64,000 nt of DNA from Candidatus Altimarinota bacterium (GTDB lineage Bacteria; Patescibacteriota; Gracilibacteria; CAIRYL01). The stretch spans positions 992,001-1,056,000 of the forward strand of contig OZ252287.1 of NCBI GenBank assembly GCA_965250085.1. Reading direction: 5' to 3'. Each line of letters opens with the position of its first letter. The first letter of the stretch is position 1. The notes below the pieces were generated by a model. That model had not been told where the DNA came from. It made no database searches and saw only the letters and a program-made list of their open reading frames with translations. The position numbers were made by a program, and so were the translations under genes. Of this stretch, positions 10,266 through 19,600 are shown piece after piece.

Positions 10266-10340
10266 TGGTAGCGCCAAGGGGAATCGAACCCCTGTTACCA
10301 GGATGAAAACCTAGCGTCCTAACCACTAGACGATGGCGCC
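10266..10340 (-). tRNA. tRNA-Glu (TTC)
   Basis: GGCGCCATCGTCTAGTGGTTAGGAC...TTTTCAT...GGTTCGATTCC...ACCA. Confidence 0.95.
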
Positions 10341-10389
10341 ATATAAAACCGCTTGGAATAATGTAAAGAACAGTACGAAAGAAATCAAG

Positions 10390-10464
10390 TGGTGGGTGAG
10401 GTGGGGATCGAACCCACGGCCAATGGCTTAAAAGGCCACTGCTCTACCACTGAGCTACTCACCC
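10390..10464 (-). tRNA. tRNA-Lys (TTT)
   Basis: GGGTGAGTAGCTCAGTGGTAGAGC...CTTTTAA...GGTTCGATCCC...ACCA. Confidence 0.95.
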
Positions 10465-10522
10465 AAAATCGGCAGAAAGTCTAAAGTAGAACGACAAAAG
10501 TCTCAACTTTTTTTTCTGTATT

Positions 10523-11086
10523 TCACTCTTCTGTTCCAAAAAGACTAGAGATCATAAAGACAATCGCGGGAAGTGCAAACCAGACACTGTAGTTGGATAT
10601 CATGGTTCGCACCAATGAAGACTGTTCTGCAATACCAATAATAGGGCTTTCTCCAAGTTCTATAAAGGGAGCAGTGAAAATAGATATTCCAGAAATATAG
10701 ACGAGTATCGTACTGACAATAAGTCCTGCGCTCAGGATGCCATATGCGCCTGTCAAAAATATAGAAAAGAACCGGGAGCGATCCTGCAAGAGATCAATTT
10801 CAAATGCACCTCGGATAGTGAGCAAAACAGTAAGCACCACAAAAATAGAAATTTTCATAATAATAAAACCGCTATTGTCTGTTTGGATAGAAATAATATC
10901 GAGAACAGGATCTGTTCCTAAAAAATATTTTTGCACTAAGTTCCCTACTCCATCTGCCGCAAGAATAGCAACATAAGAGCTGAGAATCACTTTCATAGTC
11001 TGATTCTTTCCAATAACAAAACTATAGGCAACAATTACCAGAAAAAATACAATTACAAAGAGGTCCCAGGTCAGATTGATTTGCAT
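10523..11086 (-). CDS. Multi-pass membrane protein (CvpA-like topology)
   Basis: About 5 hydrophobic helices; WDLFVIVFFLVIVAYSF..G start. Confidence 0.65.
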   Translation of the reverse strand: MQINLTWDLFVIVFFLVIVAYSFVIGKNQTMKVILSSYVAILAADGVGNLVQKYFLGTDPVLDIISIQTDNSGFIIMKISIFVVLTVLLTIRGAFEIDLLQDRSRFFSIFLTGAYGILSAGLIVSTILVYISGISIFTAPFIELGESPIIGIAEQSSLVRTMISNYSVWFALPAIVFMISSLFGTEE

Positions 11087-11155
11087 GTATCGCTTTTGAA
11101 GAAGAAAGAGTTTTCAGCGCATAGTATAACGAGATAATCAAAAATGAGGCAACTC

Positions 11156-11416
11156 TTAAGTCTTTTGAGAGTTTGTTTTCACCAAAAGCTCTTTTTTCTT
11201 CTTTGAGAACTGCTTCACTTGGTATTCACGCTTTCTTGCCGCAGTATCACTTTCAAACTCTTCGATATGAATCATTTTTATGGGAAGCCGAGACCTTGTG
11301 TACTTTGCTCCTTTGCCAGAATTATGAGCCTTTTCCCTCTTTGCAGGATTTGTGCAGTACCCAGTATAGAGCGACTCATCGTTGCAACGAGCCACATAGC
11401 AATAATATTTTTTCAT
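11156..11416 (-). CDS. Small GIY-YIG nuclease (UPF0213/YazA-like)
   Basis: YCYVARC..LYTGY...R...HNSGKGAKYTRSRLP...A.KRE. Confidence 0.92.
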   Translation of the reverse strand: MKKYYCYVARCNDESLYTGYCTNPAKREKAHNSGKGAKYTRSRLPIKMIHIEEFESDTAARKREYQVKQFSKKKKELLVKTNSQKT

Positions 11417-11709
11417 TTTTTAGTTCTTCTGGTTATATTTGAATGTTTTGTCCATCGCTGTCCACCACACTCCTGAATTTACGCAAAGTTCTCCATTATA
11501 ATGAGCACAATCGTTTTCTATGAGGTTTCCATGCCTACAAGACCGGAAGGTCAACCCCCTTTCTCCATCCTTCGCTTTCAGCTTTGGAGGGCACTACAAA
11601 GGGGATTTCATTTCATGATTCGGGTCGCACAAAAGCTTGACATTACAGATAATAAGTCACAAGATACTATCTTTTAGATAGTTTTTAAAATTTTCCTATC
11701 TTATTGCCT

Positions 11710-12987
11710 ATGTCAAAAACACACGAAATGCAATCAAGTCAAGTAACTGTTCCTGAACCGGATGGACCTGAAATTACAAAACTTCTCGTTGGACCGGCTA
11801 AAATACATCCCGTTTCTCCGGAACAAAGGGTAGAATTCTTCGCTGCTCATTCAATGTCACACAGAGGAGAGTTTGCCAGAATACTTATAAAAAGTGTAAA
11901 TGCAGGAGTGTTTGATATGATAGGAGTGCCGTTGGAATTACGAAATCATGAATTCACTAGTCTCTCGGAAACTCCGGAAGGTTGGCATGTTCTTCATACG
12001 GGAGGAGGAACCGCAGGAATGTATGCAGCAATTGCGGGTGCATGTTTGCCCGAAGGAACGCTTTTGGTAGACAATGGGTTCTTCGCAAACCTTGCCGGAG
12101 AGAAGATGGTAACAACGGGAAGATCGATTCAAGAAACAGTAAAATTTGAGAGAGGACAAGGACTTATTATTGGTTCTCCTGAATTTAATAAAATTGCTAC
12201 AAAAATTAGAGAGAGGAGCATCAGCTCCATATATTTGGTAGAAAATGCTACTACTACCGGAGTCAATCAATCCAAAGCCATACAAGAATTGGTAAAAATT
12301 CGGAATGAAGCAGGAACAGATGTAATTATTATTGTTGATGCTGTATCAGGATTCATAATGGGAGGAGAAGAAGAAAGAGAACAATTACCAGATATTATTT
12401 TTTGGGGCAATCAAAAGCAGACAGCCATAGGAACAGGAAGTGGAGAACTTTTATTTAATAATCGCGCATTGTCAAGGGCTATACAGATAGAAGATATACT
12501 ACACCTTGATGCTGGAAGATCATTTGGCATTCGAGGCGCTTACGGCACGGAGCAAAATCGCATGGCAAAAAGAGGCCAAACAAAAAATACTCCTCCGATG
12601 GCAGAACTATATAGACAATTATTGGTGCTTCAAAATATGTACGGGGAAAATCAAAAATGGAGAGATATAGCAGAAATGCAACTGGAGGCAAGGAAATTGG
12701 TTCATGAATCTCTTTGTGAAGGAGGAGCATTAGGAGGATTTGGATTGGAATTATTGACTTCTGAATCAGATTTGCAATCCTCTACTGTTCATGTTCTAAA
12801 ATTTCCTGAAGGAGTAGATGCAACGAGAGTCTTAGAAAAAGCTCTAGAATTAGAGGGTGTGAAAATTGCTCCCGGATTTGGCCCAGAGAGAGAAAGAGAA
12901 GTAAGGATTGGTGTGTATTCTGCGAATCTAGTAGGAGAAGTGGCTAGAGGCATTAAAGGTATGACAAGAGGATTGGAAGCCATTTAG
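11710..12987 (+). CDS. Divergent class-V PLP-dependent aminotransferase (SerC/AGT-like)
   Basis: VGP, SHRG, GGGTAGM, ENATTTGV, VDAVSG, GNQK (PLP lysine), NTPP motifs. Confidence 0.8.
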   Translation: MSKTHEMQSSQVTVPEPDGPEITKLLVGPAKIHPVSPEQRVEFFAAHSMSHRGEFARILIKSVNAGVFDMIGVPLELRNHEFTSLSETPEGWHVLHTGGGTAGMYAAIAGACLPEGTLLVDNGFFANLAGEKMVTTGRSIQETVKFERGQGLIIGSPEFNKIATKIRERSISSIYLVENATTTGVNQSKAIQELVKIRNEAGTDVIIIVDAVSGFIMGGEEEREQLPDIIFWGNQKQTAIGTGSGELLFNNRALSRAIQIEDILHLDAGRSFGIRGAYGTEQNRMAKRGQTKNTPPMAELYRQLLVLQNMYGENQKWRDIAEMQLEARKLVHESLCEGGALGGFGLELLTSESDLQSSTVHVLKFPEGVDATRVLEKALELEGVKIAPGFGPEREREVRIGVYSANLVGEVARGIKGMTRGLEAI

Positions 12988-13050
12988 TCAATAAATGCCA
13001 CTTGGTAGCACCAAGAATTTATTAGATGATTTGCAGGGAATTTTAGAAAA

Positions 13051-13094
13051 GCATTCAAGTGAAAAATACTTGAACGAACGGCGGGCTTTCCGAG
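13051..13094 (+). repeat. Hairpin motif copy 1 (TTCRAGT-loop-ACTYGAA-CGAACG)
   Basis: Matches copies at 14830-14875 (inverted) and 14898-14959 (direct). Confidence 0.75.
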
Positions 13095-13293
13095 AGTATG
13101 AAAATCTAGAAGATGATCGTATGGTTCATTTTCTGAGTAATGCTTTGTTGAATATGGATGGTGTTCTTTACGCCATACAGGAAGAGAGGTGTGCTTAAAA
13201 GAGAACAATTCCTCTTTTTTCTTCCTCCGTGCTATGATTCTGTTACATATTTTTTCTTTAAATATGTCTGATCTTGTTTTATAACTATATTTT

Positions 13294-14691
13294 ATGACAA
13301 AGAAAATATCCATAACTGATTTTACGAGATCAAAGAACCAATTAGCGTTAACTTATTTTGCAGACGATATTAAATTTACTGCTTCACATTGGTATCCAGA
13401 CATAGATTTTTTCGAGCTTGAGAAAGAATATGGTTATCCTTTCATGGAAAAAATATATTTCCACATAACAATCTTCAATTTCAGTCAGCTTATTAATTTA
13501 CGTCCGGAAACGGTTGATCTTGGTCCTTTCTCAAAATATCATACTGCTGATTTTGAGATGTTGTGGAACTCTATATTTAAGGGGGGTTGGGCTCAGTGGC
13601 GTTATGAAAATGACCTCCCCAATTATAAAGGTCCTAAATTTATAAGTAACCAAGCGGATGTATCCATACCTCCAATTTCTATTGAAGTAAAGGAAGTGGA
13701 AGTTCTGAATCTAGTGGGCGGTGGCAAAGACAGTCTTGTATCGATGAAATTATTTGAAAAAGCAAAGATTCCATTTTCTACCTTTGCAAGATCTCAATCG
13801 AAGATGGGGCGGGCAATAGTTCAGCACGACCTCATTGAAACGAGTATAAAAGGATGTTCGTCTAAACAACACCATAAGTACTATGTATATGATGATTTTT
13901 TGGATTCCCCAATCGCAGATTTACATCCTGAATATGAATCAAAGCGTTTTGATTTTCCTGAGACAGTGATGTGTGTGTTTTCAGTGTTTCCATTGATGCT
14001 TAAATATGGTTATAAGTATGTATCAATGGGAAATGAACGCAGTTCCGATGTAGGAAACCTTGTTTGGAGTGAGACTGGAGAGGAGATTAATCATGCGTGG
14101 GCAAAAACATTTGAGGCAGAGAAGCTCTATAATGAATACATTAACAAACATTTGATTACAAATTTCTCATCTTTTAGTATACTTCGCCCGATATATGATG
14201 TTCTTATTTTTGGATTACTTAGTGAAAATGAATCACTAGTAGAAAATATTTTCTCATGTAATATTGAGAAACCATGGTGTTATAAATGTCCGAAGTGTGC
14301 GTATATCTGGCTTTGCTACATGGCATATTTACCAACGAGTCTTGTTAATACAATTTTCCAAAATAGAAATTTGTTTGATGTTGAGGAAAATCAAGAATGG
14401 TATGCTCAGCTTCTTGGTTTGGACGAGCATAATGCATTTGAATGCGTTGGACAAATTTCCGAGTCGCAATTAGCTTTTGAAATGTGTAGCCGGAAGGGAA
14501 TCACTGGAAAAGCAATGGATCTCTATCATCAAAATATAAAAGATGTTGATTTTACAAAAATTGTAGACAAGTATCTGAATGTCGCCACAGACACTCACAT
14601 GATTCCAGAACCACTTTCTAAGATATTTGATATTTTTTATGATTCATCAGCCCGAACAAGAATGAAAATTTTAAAGGGCATTGCCAATTAA
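13294..14691 (+). CDS. MurL-like UDP-MurNAc-L-Ala-L-Glu epimerase family protein
   Basis: GGGKDS PP-loop, GNERSS, EINHAWAK, FSCN...WCYKCPKC, FECVG motifs typical of the MurL family. Confidence 0.7.
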   Translation: MTKKISITDFTRSKNQLALTYFADDIKFTASHWYPDIDFFELEKEYGYPFMEKIYFHITIFNFSQLINLRPETVDLGPFSKYHTADFEMLWNSIFKGGWAQWRYENDLPNYKGPKFISNQADVSIPPISIEVKEVEVLNLVGGGKDSLVSMKLFEKAKIPFSTFARSQSKMGRAIVQHDLIETSIKGCSSKQHHKYYVYDDFLDSPIADLHPEYESKRFDFPETVMCVFSVFPLMLKYGYKYVSMGNERSSDVGNLVWSETGEEINHAWAKTFEAEKLYNEYINKHLITNFSSFSILRPIYDVLIFGLLSENESLVENIFSCNIEKPWCYKCPKCAYIWLCYMAYLPTSLVNTIFQNRNLFDVEENQEWYAQLLGLDEHNAFECVGQISESQLAFEMCSRKGITGKAMDLYHQNIKDVDFTKIVDKYLNVATDTHMIPEPLSKIFDIFYDSSARTRMKILKGIAN

Positions 14692-14829
14692 AAAAAATAT
14701 AAAGCAAGTTCTTTGTGGATAAAAAGTAGAATAGTGGCTTCTATCATGCGAATTGTCCTTGAGTAGCAGTATGTTTTTCGATGAAATCAAGCGAAAGAGT
14801 CTCTCACAAGAGATTATTGACGCCTTCGA

Positions 14830-14875
14830 CTCGGACTGGTCCCCTCGTTCGTTCGAGTCTTTTGGACTCGAATGC
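14830..14875 (-). repeat. Hairpin motif copy 2 (inverted)
   Basis: Minus strand reads GCATTCGAGTCCAAAAGACTCGAACGAACG. Confidence 0.7.
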
Positions 14876-14897
14876 TAGTGGATATTGACAATTAAAG

Positions 14898-14959
14898 TTC
14901 AAGTGAATTTATCCGCCTTTGGAGGAAAATACTTGAACGAACGGAGGAGCCCACACGAG
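14898..14959 (+). repeat. Hairpin motif copy 3 with a ~19-nt CCGCCTTTGGAGG-containing insert in the loop
   Basis: TTCAAGTGAA[tttatccgcctttggagga]AAATACTTGAACGAACGG versus copy 1 TTCAAGTGAAAAATACTTGAACGAACGG. Confidence 0.75.
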
Positions 14960-14984
14960 GCGGGGTTACTACAGAAGAGGTCCT

Positions 14985-15076
14985 CTTCGGCTCCCCCGAC
15001 TTCGTCGAGATCGCTCAGGACACAGTATCTTTCCGATTCGCTTCCTCTCCCGCCAAGGCGGGATCGTCGCTCATCG
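14985..15076. repeat. Cluster of nested palindromic repeats downstream of tRNA-Gly
   Basis: CTTCGGCT...CGCTCAGGACA with an internal CGACTTCGTCG hairpin; TCCCGCCAAGGCGGGA palindrome. Confidence 0.55.
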
Positions 15077-15088
15077 CAAATTCAACTC

Positions 15089-15163
15089 TGGAGCGGGTAA
15101 CGAGACTCGAACTCGTGTGACCGGCTTGGAAGGCCGGGGCTTTACCAACTAAGCTATACCCGC
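15089..15163 (-). tRNA. tRNA-Gly (TCC)
   Basis: GCGGGTATAGCTTAGTTGGTAAAGC-CCGGC CTTCCAA GCCGG-...GTTCGAGTC...TCCA. Confidence 0.93.
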
Positions 15164-15203
15164 AAAAGAGCAGATGAATTGTAGCGAAGAATTTTTAGAC
15201 TGG

Positions 15204-16061
15204 TCAAGAACTTTCTTTGTCCTGCCTCTCTTTGGCATGTATGGTGTTTTCAATCAGTTTTGCGACTGTCATGGGCCCCACTCCTCCAGGCACAGGAGAA
15301 ATATGGCTCGCCTTTTGAGCAACGCCCTCATACTCTACATCGCCCACAAGTTTTCCGTCTTTATTTCGATTAATACCCACATCAATCACAACAACACCAT
15401 CACTCACCATGTCAGAGGTGAGAATATTTGGTTTTCCCACAGCAACTATAATAAGGTCAGCACCGAGTGTGTATTTCACAATATCTTTCGTATGAACATG
15501 ACACGTGGTTACTGTTGCATTTCTGTTCAGCAACATCATAGAAATTGGCTTTCCGACGATATTTGAATGACCAATCACTACTACATCCATTCCTCGAACA
15601 TCGATATTATATTCTTCCAAAAGTCGCATAATACCTGCTGGAGTAGCAGGAGGAAGATCTTCAAACTCTGGAGAGAGAAACATTTTTCCTAAATTATACG
15701 CATGGAATCCATCTACATCTTTATGCGGATCAATAGCACGAATAACATCGGGGACATATAAATGATGAGGCAGGGGAAGCTGGACAATCATCCCTGTGAC
15801 GCTTTTATTGGTATTTAATTCCTTAATTTTTTGAACGAGTTCTTCTTGCGTAGTGCTTTCGGGCAAATCTAAGATCTCTGAATCAATACCAGCCTTTTGG
15901 CATGCCTTTTGCTTGTTTTTTACATAGAGAGAGCTCGCGGCATTTTTTCCCACCATGACAACTACTAACTTTGGAGGCACATCAAATTTTTGCACCTTTT
16001 GCGACGCTTCAGAAATCATTTTTTGAGAAAGCTTTTTGCCATCAAGAACAATTGCACTCAT
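15204..16061 (-). CDS. folD: Bifunctional methylene-THF dehydrogenase/cyclohydrolase
   Basis: YVKNKQKAC, VQLPLP, KDVDGFH, SNIVGKP, PVPGGVGPMT. Confidence 0.97.
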   Translation of the reverse strand: MSAIVLDGKKLSQKMISEASQKVQKFDVPPKLVVVMVGKNAASSLYVKNKQKACQKAGIDSEILDLPESTTQEELVQKIKELNTNKSVTGMIVQLPLPHHLYVPDVIRAIDPHKDVDGFHAYNLGKMFLSPEFEDLPPATPAGIMRLLEEYNIDVRGMDVVVIGHSNIVGKPISMMLLNRNATVTTCHVHTKDIVKYTLGADLIIVAVGKPNILTSDMVSDGVVVIDVGINRNKDGKLVGDVEYEGVAQKASHISPVPGGVGPMTVAKLIENTIHAKERQDKESS

Positions 16062-16095
16062 TTTTTTTCAAAAAAACTTTGAAAGGAACCCAAGG

Positions 16096-16686
16096 TTACA
16101 TGAGAGAAAATTTCTTTTCCACCACATCGAAAATCTCAGTACCAAGATCTTCGATACTCCTTGTTCCATCGAGAACGACAGAATGAGGGTCTTTTGATTG
16201 TAGTTTCAAGAAGACGTCTCGTACTTTTTGTAGTTTCTGGTGTTCTTCAAAAAGTTCATTCTTCTTCCCTCTCTTTTCTATTCGCTGTAAACAGTCTTTG
16301 ACTGGCACATCGAGAAAAAAAGTATAATCAGCAGCCCGAAAAGTCCTATTTATTTCACTCAGCCACTTTTGATCACATGACAGCGCCCCATAGGCAAGAG
16401 TACTCCAAATATATCGATCACATACAACAGTCGCTCCTTGGAGCAAAGAGGGGTCTATTTTATTTGCTATGTGATGTGCTCTGTCGGCGGTAAAGAGAAG
16501 CTGGAGCGCCTCAGGAGCAGGGGTCCATTCTTTTTGTAACGCACTTCTTATAAAAAGACCAATCGTATCTTCTGATGGTTCAGAGGTGTGAAAAGCGGTA
16601 ATACCTTTCTTCTGTAGGTTTTTTACGAGCAGGGCTGCTTGTGTGGTAGATCCACTGCCATCAAGTCCTTCAAAAACAAGAAACAT
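16096..16686 (-). CDS. tmk: Thymidylate kinase
   Basis: FEGLDGSGSTTQ P-loop, LLFTADRAHH, CDRY. Confidence 0.93.
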   Translation of the reverse strand: MFLVFEGLDGSGSTTQAALLVKNLQKKGITAFHTSEPSEDTIGLFIRSALQKEWTPAPEALQLLFTADRAHHIANKIDPSLLQGATVVCDRYIWSTLAYGALSCDQKWLSEINRTFRAADYTFFLDVPVKDCLQRIEKRGKKNELFEEHQKLQKVRDVFLKLQSKDPHSVVLDGTRSIEDLGTEIFDVVEKKFSLM

Positions 16687-16694
16687 AGGGTATA

Positions 16695-19600
16695 TTAACG
16701 ATTTTTTAAAAATTGGTATAAAGCTCTGGCGACTTCATATCGAGAAAGTTCGTGCGCTGGAAAAAGATAAGATCCCCTGTCAGGAAAGAGCTCATATTTT
16801 TGCGCTATGCCAACATATGGAGCGAACCAATCGTTTCCATTGACATCAAAATATCGAAAAGGAAGATTTGTTTGGAGGTCGAAGGTGAGGGTTAGCATTT
16901 TTAAAAATTCAACAGTATTGACGGTATTTGCCGGGCGAAAGGTTTTGTCTGGATATCCATTAATAATTCCCATATTTGTGGCCATATTTACGTATCGGAT
17001 ATACCATGCGTCATGGTCTGTATCAAGATATCGGAACCCACTTTTTTCGTCAGAAATATCTTCTTCTGCATATTTTGTAAGGAGCAAAAACTTTGCAGAT
17101 TGCACCCTGTTGACACTTTCTTCTCCTTTAAAGTCTCCATCAGGGAAACCATTAATGACACCTCGTCGGAAGAGTTCGAGGGCAGATTTCCCCTCTTCAG
17201 AAGTAATATTGATATCTGGAAATGGTATTTGAAATCCTTCAAAACTCTCCATCACAATGTCTTCGAATCGCGCTGATGGAATATCAGGTAGCTTTTCAAT
17301 GCATTCACCGTCGTATTGAAAATATGCAAGATCTTCACGGAGTTTGCACTCATTTATGTATGTTATTTCTTTTGTCAGACATGGAAACTCAGAACACGTT
17401 TCATATATTTTTCCACAGACAGGTGCTGAAACAGTATCGCAATACAAATTTGTTTTATAAAATATAACTGTCGCAGCCGGAAGAGAAAGAGGAAAGTTCC
17501 CCATAATATTCGCATCACCCCCACCAAATCTTTTCGCATCTATATATCCTGGAGAGACAATGCTCAGCTGCAAAGATTTCCCTAGGTCGACGTCCCGGGA
17601 AATATCAGCTAAAAATGTCACCACTTTTTCTTCACCAGGTTGAATACGGATAGTCTCTTCGAAATCATCAAAAATAATGATTTCATTTTCAAATACACCA
17701 TTTTCTTGTGCTAACAGTTCTCCCAATTCACCTCGTAGAGATATGCGTTCGATACCCCTATAAACTTCTCCAATTTGCTGCATAATAAGTTTTTCTATCA
17801 TCACCTCTTTCGGTTCGGTGTTGCGCATTGCTAATTGTCCAAGGAAAACATCAGAAGATCCTCTTGTGACATTTTCTGGAGGAACACCTCGAGAAGAGAA
17901 AAACACACCTGATTCAAAGGAACTTTGCTGAGGAGTAACTTGAAGAGACTGCATTGGAAAATTGCCTACTACGCTTGCAGTGACGTGCGGCTGAATATTT
18001 TTTATCGTGACATTTTTTGGTGATGTAATTTGAAAAGAAAGAGTTCTTCCAGACGAGGCATTGCCAAGATCTCCATAGAGAAAAATCTCTTTTGAAGAGT
18101 TCTCTCTTACAGGGAGAAGAAAGTCAAAGACAAGAAGATTGTCTGTAATTTCTTTCCTTGCAGAAAGTATATGTCCAAGGTTATCCCTGAAATGAAGATT
18201 TGTTATTTCATCTGACAAAAAAGAGCCATTATAGGAAAGAATTATTTGAGAAAGCTCGATATCACTTTCCCGAGCTTGTAAAAAAAGTTTGGACAAAGGA
18301 ACATTTTGAGAATTAGCTGAAAAAATTCTATTTTGTGGCTCATGTGGAACAAAAGAAACTTCGAACACACCTTTACTCTCCTGATTGGAAGTAGTCATAA
18401 TGTTTCCTTGGAGAGGAAATTCGCCCTGGATGTCTACATTGTATTCATCTTTCACCGTCGTGATTCGTATATCGCGAGCAGATTGCATCTCATATCCAAT
18501 GCTTTTTCCAACCGGAAGACCATAGTCAAAACTTGCTTTCAGCAAGAGTGATATCTCTTCAAAAGGTTCAAGTTTTAGAATCCCTGTAAAAGTAATAGCA
18601 TCTTCCAAAGAAAGCTCCAAGGAATCCATAAGGGTTTTTCCATTGATGTCAGTGATTTTTAGCCGAGAGAGAGTACTGGGGTTCAAACTCCCTCTCTTGT
18701 GGAGCGTAATCCTTGAGAGAGTGACGGGCTCTGTGCCAGCATGTAACGTAAAGAGAGCGAGAGGGACACCACTTTCACCACCTGTAATAATTCGCCCCTG
18801 TGGAGTTTCAGAATTGAGCTCAAACCTTACAAAGGGATCAGAAAGTGTAAAAAGGGGAGTTCGGAGAGGAAATGTATCTCTCAAGACAAGAGTAGTATCT
18901 CCATCATCTGGCACCGCTGTAACACCTGCTCTGGAAAAGATTTGAAATCCCACCGTTTCTCCATTAACGGCAAAAGATGAAACATCTCCCCTTAAAAAAA
19001 ATATTTTTTCTTCTCCCTGCTCAAGTGTCAGTACGTCTGAAAAATATACCTTCCCCTCTTTATAAAAAGAAGGAGTTGAAATAATACTTCCAGAACTATC
19101 AGCAAAATGAAGATTTTGTATAACATTTTCTGGAGTACTTCCGAATCGTTCCAATATGATTTTCTGAAAAGAAATACCATCTATTCCATGAGTAGAAAAT
19201 TGAAATTCACCAAGCACTGCTTTTTCTTGCCCGCGAAAAATTTGTGCAATTGTGTTTTCTGTATTTTGCAAGGAGAAGGAAGCAATTGTGTCGGTTTGAG
19301 AATCAATTGCAGAAACCAATTGTGTTTGGGCTGGAAAATTTATAGAGACTTCAGCATTTCCGCCAAAATCTTCTTCAGCTTCAATATTGCCATTACTGGC
19401 GAAGTACAATCCGAACTCATCTCCTTCTGGAGTACTGGGGGTAATTTCTGCAAAAATTTTAAAAGTGCGAGTTGTCCCTGAGGGCACCATAAAATCCTCT
19501 ATGAATACCGCAACATTCCCTTCTGCATTTTCGGGGCCGAGAGTGATACCCCCCGGTTCTTTCAGCCATATTTGATGAATATTGCCACTTTTCATATCTC

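Noticed and set aside
11538-11560. SRP RNA (GGAA tetraloop)
   Set aside because: Lacks the conserved CAGG/AGCA internal loop flanking the tetraloop hairpin
12995-13198. 67-aa ORF (and the 71-aa ORF at 14885-15100) sharing KYLNERR
   Set aside because: The similarity comes from the DNA hairpin repeat; no evidence of real coding
14714-14722. Single perfect DnaA box
   Set aside because: An isolated 9-mer in AT-rich DNA is expected by chance
11156-15163. Integrated prophage or ICE at tRNA-Gly
   Set aside because: No integrase or phage genes and no duplicated tRNA-Gly 3' end seen
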